The notes under the pieces are model-generated. The model ran no database searches and was not told where the DNA came from. It saw only the letters and a list, made by a program, of their open reading frames with translations. From Eledone cirrhosa (lineage: Eukaryota), in the NCBI GenBank assembly GCA_964016885.1, contig OZ024762.1:20832001-20896000 (forward strand): a DNA stretch of 64,000 nucleotides, read 5' to 3'. The number at the start of each line of letters is the position of its first letter. Position 1 is the stretch's first letter. A program made the translations under genes and the position numbers. Shown in pieces: positions 26,491 to 40,218 of this stretch.

Positions 26491-28834
26491 AATAAATAAA
26501 TAATTTAGTTGAAAGTTATTTCACTAAAGCTATCAGAATTGTTGATTATTTTGATAATTAAAACACAAAGACCGTATAGAAATATGGTCATAAAAGGGTT
26601 AATTTAATTAGGGAAAATTTGCAAAATTCATTTAAAACCTTATTTTGTTTTATTTTATATATTCTTGTAATTATGGTTGATAGTTCACATTGCAAACATA
26701 TGGTTCCATGCTTCATGTGTACCATAACCTCAGGTTAACTAACAGTATAATTTTGTAGACAGAAACTGTGCAGAAGTCCATGTTTCGTTACTGCACTTCT
26801 AATGAAATAAATATACTGCCAATGTCTCTTAATTTATTTTTAAAATAATAATAAATTTTGGAAAATTTCAGAAAAATTAACATTCTCATTAAGCAGATGT
26901 TTGGTAAATAGCTTGAAAGTTCTTACATAAAATTATGATGGAACGTTTTAATATAAATATGGACTCTGTAAAATAAACGGTTTTGTATTATAGAATCGGG
27001 GACAGATTAAGATGGGTTTGGGGTCAAAAGGGTTAAAAAACCTCTACTGCTGTTTCTTTATGTCCCATAACTTAGCAGTTTGATAAACAGAGATCGGTAA
27101 AATAAAGAACCTGGTTGAAATAAGTATTTGAGGTTGATACAACCAAGAATTGCAGGCGCTGGTGCAGTCCATACTGTAAAATGGTCATGTAGGAGTCACG
27201 ATAAAAAGCGGCCAGTGGTTGGCATTAAGAAGGGCATCCAGCCATAGAAACTAAGCCAAAATCAGTTGTGTGTGAGCAAAACACAGCCATCCAACCTGGC
27301 TTGTCTCACAACGGAACAGCTCATCCAACCCATGCTCGCGGATATTAAACCATGATGATGATGATGATGATGATATGAAACTAAGCATGAACTATCTGTC
27401 TTTCTCGATCAACTACATGGCAACACATCTGTGTTTGTATTCACTAAACATATTTATATAATTTAGCTATTATTATTTTTTCTTCTCTTGTATGGACATA
27501 CATTAATAAATTTCAAAAATATATTGATTGAAATTTTGGAGGAAACAATTTTTATTAGCTTTTTTTTTCTTTTTAACTTTTTTCTATATATATTTTTTCT
27601 CCCGGTTTTTCTCGCTTCTAATTCTTCAACGTAGTTTCATGTGTCTTTTGGACATTTTTAAATTAGCCATTCAAACTCTCAGAGGCAATTATTTTAATCA
27701 TAGTAATAATAATAATGATAATAATAATGATGATAATGATGATGATAATGGTTTCTGATTTAAGCACAAGGCCAGCAATATTTTGGGGGTGGAGAAAGTC
27801 GATTAAGTCGACCCCCAGTGTATTACTGGTACTTTATTCATGATGATATTAATGATGATAATGTTGATGGTGGTGACGGTGGTGGTGGTGACGGCGGTGG
27901 CGGTGACGGTGGTGATCGTGGTGATGGGGATGATGATAATAGTGATAATATTAATAATCATATCCCCCCAACCTCTACCTCAATTACAATCACTGTTGAG
28001 TCATGTGTGTGTGTGTGTTGTTTTATTTTTTACTGTTTTTGTTATTCTTATTCCTGCAGTTTTTGTTGTTTTGTTGTTTTGTTTTTTTTTAAATAGCCGC
28101 CATATGTTAGTAGCAGTATCTAATGATTGCAATGTGTATATGTGAGATCAATAACTAAAGATCATGTTAGAACTGCTGTCTCAGCATATTTCTTTCACTA
28201 GGTTTTTAAAAAGAAATGGCTAGAAATATTTTTGATGTTGGTGGTAGATTATTGTACAATTTGTTTTTCTAAAAATTTCCTTACTACTGGAATTAAGATA
28301 TGCAGTATTAAACCATAAACTTTTATCTCTTCATTGTTGAAGATTCATATCATCTTTGTTTTACTTAATTTATCGTGGCTTTGGGACATACAGGAGAAAA
28401 TACTAGAAAGAATATGTAATATTTTGGTTATTATATTACAAATTCACCATTTTAAGAAAAATTCAACACAAAACACAATTGTTTATTACTAACATTCTAA
28501 AATTAGAATTATCTTTTAGGAAAAAACAAAAAGTTTTCGCATTTGCATTGAGAATTCTTGATATTTGAATAAATTTTCTTGTCTTATTCATGAGTAATAA
28601 TGAGAAATTATGTCTGTTGTAGCTCCTTTTCTCAAGAGAAGACATTCTACTGTTGAATGTATATTTCATTCTAATTATATTCATATTTATGCTAATATTT
28701 CTGTTATCTTAAACATCAGATTTCCAACTTATCAACGCTGTCCTTCATTTTAGATTCCAAGGTCACTTATATCTCTTTATTCAATAATCGACAACTATGT
28801 GAGAAACTTATTGATATTGTATATATGCAGAATA

Positions 28835-29440
28835 AGGCGGTGAATTGGAAGAGTTGTTAGGGGCGTCAAATAGATTAAATGTCATGGTATTTGTTCTGGC
28901 TCAATGCACTCAAGTTCAAATCTTGCCTAAGTCAATTATACATTTCATCTATCTTGGAGGGAAGGGAGATTAAATGCTTGGCTCTATGCATTCCTGAGTT
29001 CAATTTCATATTTAATCTTTTTCAGTGGCGGACGGTAGGTTTAATGTCCGGCTCAATGAATTCCTGAGTTCAAATTTTGCTCAGTTCAATTTCATATTTT
29101 TTAGGTAGATTATATGTCTGGTTCAATGCACTCTTGAGTTCAAATCTTGCTCAGTTCAATTTCATATTTAATCTTTTTTAGTGGATGGGAAGGTAGGTTT
29201 AATGTCTGGCTCAATGCATTCTTGAGTTCAAATCTTACTCAGATCAATTTCATATTTAATAATTTTTAGGGGAAGGTAGATTAAATGTCTGGCTCAATGC
29301 ATTCTTGAGTTCAAATCTTGCCGAGGTCAATTTCATATTTAATCTTTGTTAGAGCAGGGGGAAAGTAGGTTTAACGTCTGGCTCAGTGCATTCCTGAGTT
29401 CAAATCTTGCTTGGGTCACTTTCATATCTAATCTTTTTGT
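28835..29440 (+). repeat. SINE-B head amplified as ~70-85-bp tandem units
   Basis: Repeated tctggctcaatgcattcttgagttcaaatcttgc..caatttcatatttaatcttt. Confidence 0.75.
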
Positions 29441-29753
29441 GGGGAAGTAGCAAATTGGCAGAGTAGTTAGGGTATTGGATTAAACACCACTATATTTCTT
29501 CTGGTTCATTGCATCCCAAGTTCAAGTCCTGCCTCATGACACTCTTCAGCTAGCAGTTGCAACAAACAGATAATATCAGCAATGGAAGAAATAGTAGTAA
29601 CATGGTTTCCTTGGTCCAGTCCAATGATCAACTCCCTTTCTTATTGTTTTGAAAGGCATGTGTGTAAAATTTCTGGAAGAGGTTATAGAATTAAAACTAA
29701 AAGTTCCTTTGACTAAACTATATTTAGGAAGGCAATTTTTTTTCTGGAATCGT

Positions 29754-29968
29754 TTAACCCTATTTGCATTTACATCCCTCTATATATACTATTGTATTTT
29801 CAAGGTAAAGGCTTTACCTCACATAATCTCGAGTCTATGAGAGTTTGATGTTGTTGTTTATTTTACGAACAATATTTTAACGTCTATGTGAGCTGCTGGT
29901 TATGGCCGGTTTCAAAAAGGGGAAAGAATTCTGGCTGGATACAGCCGGTTTAAATGCTAAAGGGTTAA
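29754..29968 (+). mobile_element. piggyBac-type MITE family 1
   Basis: ttaaccctatttgcatttac ... taaatgctaaagggttaa. Confidence 0.8.
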
Positions 29969-30102
29969 AGTCTGTTTTCCCTGTTAACAAGGGTTTACAT
30001 GTTGTCACAGACTGAGCCAATACATTTTATCATGGCACCAGCACTAAGGTGGTTGTCATGTTCTCAATGCAACCAAAGAATCCTACTGACACATTGTTTG
30101 GT

Positions 30103-31966
30103 AGGTTTTTCTATCACTAGATGCCTTTCCTATGTTTTTCTATCACTAGATGCCTTTCCTAAGTTTTTCTATCACTAGATGCCTTTCCTAAGTTTTTCTA
30201 TCACTAGATGCCTTTCCTAAGTTTTTCTATCACTAGATGCCTTTCCTAAGTTTTTCTATCACTAGATGCCTTTCCTATGTTTTTCTATCACTAGATGCCT
30301 TTCCTATGTTTTTCTATCACTAGATGCCTTTCCTAGGATTTTCTATCACTAGATGCCTTTCCTATGGTTTTCTATCACTAGATGCTTTCCTAGGTTTTTC
30401 TATCACTAGATGCCTTTCCTAAGTTTTTCTATCACTAGATGCCTTTCCTATGTTTTTCTATCACTAGATGCCTTTCCTAGGATTTTCTATCACTAGATGC
30501 CTTTCCTATGTTTTTCTATCACTAGATGCCTTTCCTATGTTTTTCTATCACTAGATGCCTTTCCTATGTTTTTCTATCACTAGATGCCTTTCCTATGTTT
30601 TTCTATCACTAGATGCCTTTCCTATGTTTTTCTATCACTAGATGCCTTTCCTAGGATTTTCTATCACTAGATGCCTTTCCTATGGTTTTTTATCACTAGA
30701 TGCTTTCCTAGGTTTTTCTATCACTAGATGCTTTCCTAGGTTTTTCTATCACTAGATGCTTTCCTAGGTTTTTCTATCACTAGATGCTTTCCTAGGTTTT
30801 TCTATCACTAGATGCTTTCCTAGGTTTTTCTATCACTAGATGCTTTCCTAGGTTTTTCTATCACTAGATGCTTTCCTAGGTTTTTCTATCACTAGATGCT
30901 TTCCTAGGTTTTTCTATCACTAGATGCCTTTTCTATGTTTTTTTTATCACTAGATGCTTTCCTAGGATTTTCTATCACTAGATGCTTTCCTAGGTTTATC
31001 TATCACTAGATGCCTTTCCTATGTTTTTCTATCACTAGATGCTTTCCTAGGTTTTTCTATCACTAGATGCTTTCCTAGGTTTTTCTATCACTAGATGCTT
31101 TTCCTATGTTTTTCTATCACTAGATGCCTTTCCTGTTTTTCTATCACTAGATGCTTTCCTAGGTTTTTCTATCACTAGATGCTTTCCTAGGTTTTTCTAT
31201 CACTAGATGCTTTCCTAGGTTTTTCTATCACTAGATGCCTTTCCTATGTTTTTCTATCACTAGATGCCTTTCCTATGTTTTTCTATCACTAGATGCCTTT
31301 CCTATGTTTTTCTATCACTAGATGCCTTTCCTAGGATTTTCTATCACTAGATGCCTTTCCTAGGATTTTCTATCACTAGATGCCTTTCCTAGGATTTTCT
31401 ATCACTAGATGCCTTTCCTAGGTTTTTCTATCACTAGATGCCTTTTCTATGTTTTTCTATCACTAGATGCCTTTCCTAGGATTTTCTATCACTAGATGCT
31501 TTCCTAGGATTTTCTATCACTAGATGCTTTCCTAGGATTTTCTATCACTAGATGCTTTCCTAGGTTTTTCTATCACTAGATGCTTTCCTAGGATTTTCTA
31601 TCACTAGATGCTTTTCCTATGTTTTTCTATCACTAGATGCCTTTCCTATGATTTTCTATCACTAGATGCCTTTCCTAGGTTTTTCTATCACTAGATGCCT
31701 TTCCTAAGTTTTTCTATCACTAGATGCTTTTCCTATGTTTTTCTATCACTAGATGCCTTTCCTATGTTTTTCTATCACTAGATGCTTTTCCTATGTTTTT
31801 CTATCACTAGATGCTTTTCCTATGTTTTTCTATCACTAGATGCTTTTCCTATGTTTTTCTATCACTAGATGCCTTTCCTATGTTTTTCTATCACTAGATG
31901 CTTTCCTACGATTTTCTATCACTAGATGCTTTCCTATGTTTTTCTATCACTAGATGCTTTCCTAGG
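30103..31966. repeat. 28-29-bp minisatellite, ~65 copies (gtttttctatcactagatgcctttcctat)
   Basis: Direct periodicity. The unit resembles the RTE/SINE tail motif ggttttctacagctggatgcccttcctaa. Confidence 0.97.
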
Positions 31967-33589
31967 GTTCCTATTTGACTTAAAATCTTCCAGCATATTT
32001 TTGTATAATAACCATATGTAATTTTAGTAATGAAATATTTAATAATTTTAATAAATCACTAAAAATTCATCATTAATTAATCAAAATAGAATGTATTTCA
32101 ATAGAAATATGGTTAGAAAAGGGCTAATTTAAATTTGACATAAATAACCTAAATATCTTAACTGCCAATCTCAGAATGTTTGCAGCTCTTAAGATTTATC
32201 GAGAAAGCTAGATGTGGGGGTATTTTTGTCTATTGTGTGTGTGTGTGTGTTTTGTCTAATTTGTGTGTTGGTGTTTTTGTGTTTGTCTGTTGAGTGTGTG
32301 TGTTTTGTTTAATTTGTGTGTGTGTGTGTTTGTCTATTTTGTTTGTGTGTGCTTTTGTCTAATTTGTGTGTGTGTGTTTGTCTATTTTGTGGGTGTGTGT
32401 GCTTTTGTCTAATTTGTGTGTATGTGTGTGTTTGTCTACTGTGTTTGTGTTTTAATTTGACAAGAAATTAAACCTTCTTTCCTTGTCTTATTGAACTTTA
32501 ATGATCAGATTGATTGAAGCTTTCATCTGAGTTATATTATTGTGTACTTGAAGGTTTTAATCAATACTTTTGTATGCGTTCAAGTTTCTAGTTTATATTT
32601 CAACAGAGAATGTATACTTATGTTGATGATACAACAAGACTGAATGGTGAAGAGGTTCACTTCACAATCAGTAGGTCCTGGGTTTGATTCCACTGTGTGG
32701 CCTAGTGGTAACAATGTTGGACTTATGATCATAATGTTGTTGTTTTGAGTCCTAGACTGATTGTGTGTTGTGTTTTTGAGCAAAACACTTCATTTCACAT
32801 TGCTCCAGTATACTCAGTTGAAAGTGAGTACCAGCAATATCTGGGGGTTTAATCCTGCAATAAACTGGTGTCCTGTCCAGGGGGGAGTCTTGTACTCTCA
32901 GTCGCTTAATGCCACAAAAACTGGGATAAGCACTGGCCTGATGAGCCTCTGGGCTTTAGACAGATTTTTTTAATGGCATTTTGGGCCAATGTCATTTACC
33001 ATAGTCTAAGTTTGACCCCATGCCTTGTGAGTGAAATTGGCTTGACAGAAACTGTTTGGAAGCCCATCAGATGGACCACTGTATCAGTAATTGAAAGGGT
33101 CAACCTTTTCACACACTGTTTGATTTTATTAAAAAATGTGTGTGTTGATACATATCAACAAGATCCCAGACCTCATTTGCTTACCCAGTGGAGTGTAACT
33201 CGTCAAATCAGACCAAAGAAATGATGTTTCTATTGGTCTTTCCAATTTCTGATACTATCTACCTGGTTGCCACTCACAGCAGGAAGAGTAATGTGAAACA
33301 ATGTGTCTTGCTCAAGGATATTAAGGCATTGTCCTGCCTGGGAATCAAACTCATAACCTCATGATTGTGAATCCAACTCTCTGACCACTGAGTCACGCAC
33401 CTTTGTGTGTTAGTAAAGTAAAAGTCAAAGTAATAGGTCACTAAGTACATTTAATTGTAGAACTGGAATAGAAAGGTCCTATGTTGGTTTCCATGAGTGT
33501 TTCTGGAGCTTGATCAATGGAACAGCCTGCTGCTCATGATATTAGTAAGTGGCCCAGCATTCTAAAGATACATCTGAACCTCTCAAAGT

Positions 33590-34598
33590 CAATGAGACAG
33601 GATCGAAATCTTTGGTGTTATGCAGTAATACAGAAGACACGCCTTCCCATGTGCACGGACTCAAACATACGTCTAGTAGGGACTTCTTAACCACTATACC
33701 CCCATCCACCCATTACTGTTCACACCACCCTTACACTGTAAACAAAATAAATCCAGCCCACACTGTAAAGTGGTTGTGTAAGAGTCGCAACAAAAAGCAC
33801 CCAGCCCACACTGTAAAGTGGTCGTGTAAGAGTCACAACAAAAAGCACCCAGCCCACACTGTAAAGTGGTCGTGTAAGAGTCACAACAAAAAGCACCCAG
33901 CCCACACTGTAAAGTGGTCATGTAAGAGTCGCAACAAAAAGCACCCAGCCCACACTGTAAAGTGGTCGTGTAAGAGTCACAACAAAAAGCACCCAGCCCA
34001 CACTGTAAAGTGGTCGTGTAAGAGTCACAACAAAAAGCACCCAGCCCACACTGTAAAGTGGTCATGTAAGAGTCGCAACAAAAAGCACCCAGCCCACACT
34101 GTAAAGTGGTCATGTAAGAGTCGCAACAAAAAGCACCCAGCCCACACTGTAAAGTGGTCCTGTAAGAGTCACAACAAAAAGCACCCAGCCCACACTGTAA
34201 AGTGGTCGTGTAAGAGTCACAACAAAAAGCACCCAGCCCACACTGTAAAGTGGTCGTGTAAGAGTCACAACAAAAAGCACCCAGCCCACACTGTAAAGTG
34301 GTCGTGTAAGAGTCACAACAAAAAGCACCCAGCCCACACTGTAAAGTGGTCGTGTAAGAGTCACAACAAATAGCACCCAGCCCACACTGTAAAGTGGTCG
34401 TGTAAGAGTCACAACAAAAAGCACCCAGCACATACTGTAAATGTGGTTGGTGTCATGAAGGGCATCCAGCTGTAATCTAGCCAGAAACATTTCTATATGA
34501 GCAAGACACGGTCACCTGACCCAACTTGCCTCAAATGGTACAACCCGTCTAACCCATGCTAACGTGGAAAATAGACATTAAATGATGATGATGATGAT
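33590..34598 (+). mobile_element. RTE 3' end containing a 48-bp minisatellite (33730-34440, ~14 copies)
   Basis: gatcgaaatctttggtgttatgcagtaatacagaagacacgc encodes DRNLWCYAVIQKTR (compare DRDLWRYSVIEKTR). Unit cacactgtaaagtggtcgtgtaagagtcacaacaaaaagcacccagcc. Ends in (GAT)n. Confidence 0.88.
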
Positions 34599-35057
34599 TC
34601 AGTGTGACACTGTGTGTGTGTGACAAAGCCATCCCTTTGAATTACAAGTAATACTCCATCTGTCAGGCTCCCAAAGTTTGTAAAGATCCAGAACAAATAG
34701 CACAATGGCATGTTATCCAATGCTCTACCGATTCTGCCAATTCACCGCCCTCGTATTTATTACTACATAAAAACCAATCCTAATGTAATCAGTTTTACTA
34801 ATCTCCAACTTATCCATCATAGCATTTAAATCTTTATCTTAATTAATCCATTGCTCTTATTGATATTCCATTACACTGTGGCTATACTGGGGCACTATCT
34901 TGGTTTAGTTGATCATATCAACCCCAGTACTGTTTTACTGGTTTCAGCCGTTAGACTGTGGCCATTCTGGGGCACCACATTACTGGTGTCAGCCATTAGA
35001 CTGGTCATGCTGGGGCATTGTCTTGATTTAGTTGAACATATCAACCCCAGTACTGTT

Positions 35058-36175
35058 TTACTGGTTTCAGCCATTATACTGTGGCCATGCTGGGGCGCCA
35101 GCTTACTGGTGTCAGCCATTATACTGTGGCCATGCTGGGGCGCCAGCTTACTGGTGTCAGCCATTATACTGTGGCCATGCTGGGGCGCCAGCTTACTGGT
35201 GTCAGCCATTATACTGTGGCCATGCTGGGGGCGCCAGCTTACTGGTGTCAGCCATTATACTGTGGCCATGCTGAGGCGCCAGCTTACTGGTGTCAGCCAT
35301 TATACTGTGGCCATGCTGGGGCGCCAGCTTACTGGTGTCAGCCATTATACTGTGGCCATGCTGGGGCGCCAGCTTACTGGTGTCAGCCATTATACTGTGG
35401 CCATGCTGGGGCGCCAGCTTACTGGTGTCAGCCATTATACTGTGGCCATGCTGGGGCGCCAGCTTACTGGTTTCAGCCATTATACTGTGGCCATGCTGGG
35501 GCGCCAGCTTACTGGTGTCAGCCATTATACTGTGGCCATGCTGGGGCGCCAGCTTACTGGTGTCAGCCATTATACTGTGGCCATGCTGGGGCGCCAGCTT
35601 ACTGGTGTCAGCCATTATACTGTGGCCATGCTGGGGCGCCAGCTTACTGGTGTCAGCCATTATACTGTGGCCATGCTGAGGCGCCAGCTTACTGGTGTCA
35701 GCCATTATACTGTGGCCATGCTGGGGCGCCAGCTTACTGGTGTCAGCCATTATACTGTGGCCATGCTGGGGCACCAGCTTACTGGTGTCAGCCATTATAC
35801 TGTGGCCATGCTGGGGCGCCAGCTTACTGGTGTCAGCCATTATACTGTGGCCATGCTGGGGCGCCAGCTTACTGGTGTCAGCCATTATACTGTGGCCATG
35901 CTGGGGCGCCAGCTTACTGGTGTCAGCCATTATACTGTGGCCATGCTGGGGCGCCAGCTTACTGGTTTCAGCCATTATACTGTGGCCATGCTGGGGCGCC
36001 AGCTTACTGGTGTCAGCCATTATACTGTGGCCATGCTGGGGCGCCAGCTTACTGGTGTCAGCCATTATACTGTGGCCATGCTGGGGCGCCAGCTTACTGG
36101 TGTCAGCCATTATACTGTGGCCATGCTGGGGCACCAGCTTACTGGTGTCAGCCATTAAACTGTGGCCATGCTGGC
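35058..36175. repeat. 45-bp minisatellite, ~25 copies (actggtgtcagccattatactgtggccatgctggggcgccagctt)
   Basis: Direct periodicity. Diverged precursor units occur at 34870-35057. Confidence 0.97.
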
Positions 36176-36739
36176 CAGCTACCACTGCAGGTCGGCTCCC
36201 GCCATGCACCAGCTCCTGCCATGGGCTGGCTCTCACCATGGGCTCACCATCATCTGTCATAAGTCAGCTGATCTGAGGCTACACAACCACAATTACTACA
36301 TATATTCGAATATAAGGCGAGGAATATGTGACCACCATATCTATGGTAGAAGTGTGTGCGTGGGGGACGGGAATTGACTTATATTAGGGGTCAATATTTT
36401 GACAAATTTCACCAACTTCAAATTCTACATAAATAAGGTTTGGATTTTTGGCCCCTTTCTCAGACATAAAATAGTGGGGTCAGCTTAGCTTTGACTATAT
36501 ATGGTAATCCTAATAAAACTTGATCTCTTGCTGCGAAATATTGATTCTTTATATTTTTTTTTTTATTATAGAGAAATATTGAATTGATACAAGTGAAACC
36601 TGTTGATTTCCTAAAGGTTGTTTAACAACTTCCTGTCGTTGCTATGGGTTTCGCCTCTGTAGGTTTAACAACTTCCTGTATTGTTGTTGCTATGGTTTAC
36701 ACTTCTATAGGTTTAACAACTTCCTGTGTTGTTGCTATG

Positions 36740-39700
36740 GTTACACCTACATTGTTGTTGCCATGGTTTACACCTACATTGTTGTTGCTACGGTTTACAC
36801 CTTCATTGTTGTTGCCATGGTTCACACCTACATTGTCGTTGCCATGGTTCACACCTACATTGTCGTTGCCATGGTTTATACCTACATTGTCGTTGCTACG
36901 GTTTACACCTTCATTGTCGTTGCCATGGTTCACACCTACATTGTCGTTGTCATGGTTCACACCTACATTGTCGTTGCCATGGTTCACACCTACATTGTCG
37001 TTGCTACGGTTCACACCTACATTGTCGTTGCCATGGTTTATACCTACATTGTCGTTGCCATGGTTCACACCTACATTGTCGATGCCATGGTTCACACCTA
37101 CATTGTCGTTGCCATGGTTCACACCTACATTGTCGTTGCCATGGTTCACACCTACATTGTCGTTGCTACGGTTCACACCTACATTGTCGTTGCCATGGTT
37201 TATACCTACATTGTCGTTGCCATGGTTTACACCTACATTGGCGTTGCCATGGTTCACACCTACATTGTCGTTGTCATGGTTTACACCTACATTGTCGTTG
37301 CCATGGTTTACACCTACATTGTCGTTGCCATGGTTCACACCTACATTGTTGTTGCTATGGTTTACACCTACATTGTTGTTGCTATGGTTTACACCTACAT
37401 TGTCGTTGCTACGGTTTACACCTACATTGTCGTTGCTACGGTTTACACCTACATTGTCGTTGCCATGGTTTACACCTACATTGTCGTTGCCATGGTTCAC
37501 ACCTACATTGTCGTTGTCATGGTTTACACCTACATTGTCGTTGCCATGGTTTACACCTACATTGTCGTTGCTACGGTTTACACCTACATTGTCGTTGCCA
37601 TGGTTTACACCTACATTGTCGTTGCCATGGTTTACACCTACATTGTCGTTGCCATGGTTCACACCTACATTGTCGTTGTCATGGTTTACACCTACATTGT
37701 CGTTGCCATGGTTTACACCTACATTGTCGTTGCTACGGTTTACACCTACATTGTCGTTGCCATGGTTTACACCTACATTGTCGTTGCCATGGTTTACACC
37801 TACATTGTCGTTGCCATGGTTCACATCTACATTGTCGTTGCCATGGTTCACATCTACATTGTCGTTGCCATGGTTCACACCTACATTGTCGTTGCCATGG
37901 TTCACACCTACATTGTCGTTGCCATGGTTCACACCTACATTGTCGTTGCCATGGTTCACACCTACATTGTCGTTGCCATGGTTTACACCTACATTGTCGT
38001 TGCTACGGTTTACACCTACATTGTCGTTGCCATGGTTCACACCTACATTGTCGTTGCCATGGTTCACACCTACATTGTCGTTGCCATGGTTCACACCTAC
38101 ATTGTCGTTGCCATGGTTCACACCTACATTGTCGTTGCTACGGTTTACACCTACATTGTCGTTGCCATGGTTCACACCTACATTGTCGTTGCCATGGTTC
38201 ACACCTACATTGTCGTTGCCATGGTTCACACCTACATTGTCATTGCCATGGTTCACACCTACATTGTCGTTGCCATGGTTCACACCTACATTGTCGTTGC
38301 CACGGTTCCCACCTACATTGTCGTTGCCACGGTTCACACCTACATTGTCGTTGCCATGGTTCACACCTACATTGTCGTTGCCAGGTTTCACACCTACATT
38401 GTCGTTGCCATGGTTCACACCTACATTGTCGTTGCCATGGTTCACACCTACATTGTCGTTGCCATGGTTTACACCTACATTGTCGTTGCCATGGTTCACA
38501 CCTACATTGTCGTTGCTACGGTTTACACCTACATTGTCGTTGCCATGGTTCACACCTACATTGTCGTTGCCATGGTTCACACCTACATTGTCGTTGCCAT
38601 GGTTCACACCTACATTGTCTTTGCCATGGTTCACACCTACATTGTCGTTGCTACGGTTTACACCTACATTGTCGTTGCCATGGTTCACACCTACATTGTC
38701 GTTGCCATGGTTCACACCTACATTGTCGTTGCCACGGTTCACACCTACATTGTCGTTGCCACGGTTCACACCTACATTGTCGTTGCCATGGTTCACACCT
38801 ACATTGTCGTTGCCACGGTTCACACCTACATTGTCGTTGCCATGGTTCACACCTACATTGTCGTTGCCAGGTTTCACACCTACATTGTCGTTGCCATGGT
38901 TCACACCTACATTGTCGTTGCCATGGTTCACACCTACATTGTCGTTGCCATGGTTCACACCTACATTGTCGTTGCCATGGTTCACACCTACATTGTCGTT
39001 GCCATGGTTTACACCTACATTGTCGTTGCCATGGTTCACACCTACATTGTCGTTACCATGGTTCACACCTACATTGTCGTTGCTATGGTTCACACCTACA
39101 TTGTCGTTGCTATGGTTCACACCTACATTGTCGTTGCTACGGTTTACACCTACATTGTCGTTGCCATGGTTCACACCTACATTGTCGTTGCTATGGTTCA
39201 CACCTACATTGTCGTTGCCATGGTTTACACCTACATTGTCGTTGCCATGGTTCACACCTACATTGTCGTTGCCATGGTTCACACCTACATTGTCGTTGCT
39301 ATGGTTCACACCTACATTGTCGTTGCCATGGTTTATACCTACATTGTCGTTGCTACGGTTTACACCTACATTGTCGTTGCTATGGTTCACACCTACATTG
39401 TCGTTGCCATGGTTTATACCTACATTGTCGTTGCCATGGTTTACACCTACATTGTCGTTGCCATGGTTCACACCTACATTGTCGTTGCCATGGTTCACAC
39501 CTACATTGTCGTTGCTATGGTTCACACCTACATTGTCGTTGCCATGGTTTATACCTACATTGTCGTTGCTACGGTTTACACCTACATTGTCGTTGCCATG
39601 GTTCACACCTACATTGTCGTTGCCATGGTTTACACCTACATTGTCGTTGCCATGGTTCACACCTACATTGTCGTTGCCATGGTTCACACCTACATTGCCG

Positions 39701-39832
39701 TTGTCATGGTTCACACCTACATTGTCGTTGCCATGGTTCACACCTACATTGTCGTTGCCATGGTTCACACCTACATTGTCGTTGCCATGGTTCACACCTA
39801 CATTGTCGTTGCCATGGTTCACACCTACATTG
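36740..39832. repeat. 27-bp minisatellite, ~114 copies (cacctacattgtcgttgccatggttca)
   Basis: Direct periodicity, which explains four >1000-aa repetitive ORFs. Confidence 0.98.
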
Positions 39833-39907
39833 CTTAGTTTGTGAAGACCTGTCCAGCCCTTTCTAGCTGGGGAAATGGATATTAAATTATATATATGTGT
39901 ATGCAGC

Positions 39908-40218
39908 ATCATCATCATCATCATCATCATACATCCGCTTTTCCCTGCTTGCAAGGGTGGGACGGGAACTGATTCTGGCTTGATCTCTACAGCTGGATGC
40001 CCTCCCTAACACCAACCTCATTTACAGTGAGTGCTGGGTGCTTTTTTGCCGTGGCACCCCCACGACCACTTTACAGTGGAATGATAGGGACCCCAGTCCC
40101 TATCATCTCATTTATACAGCTGAGTAAACTGGAGCAATGTGAAATAAAGTGTCTTGCTCAAGGAAACAACACATCACCCGGTCTGGGAATTGAACTCGCA
40201 CCCTTTCAATTGCGAGTT
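39908..40218 (-). mobile_element. Family A SINE, slightly 5'-truncated
   Basis: Reverse complement of 3335-3654. Confidence 0.88.

Noticed and set aside
34851-36276. Long repetitive ORFs; CRISPR-like appearance
   Set aside because: This is a 45-bp tandem repeat with no unique spacers and no cas genes, in a eukaryotic context.
36296-36506. Possible pogo/Tc1-type MITE
   Set aside because: The inverted termini are too degenerate to support a call without a consensus.
36644-39954. Four ORFs of >1000 aa
   Set aside because: They are translations of a 27-bp tandem unit that lacks stops in several frames. There is no unique domain and no frame preference.
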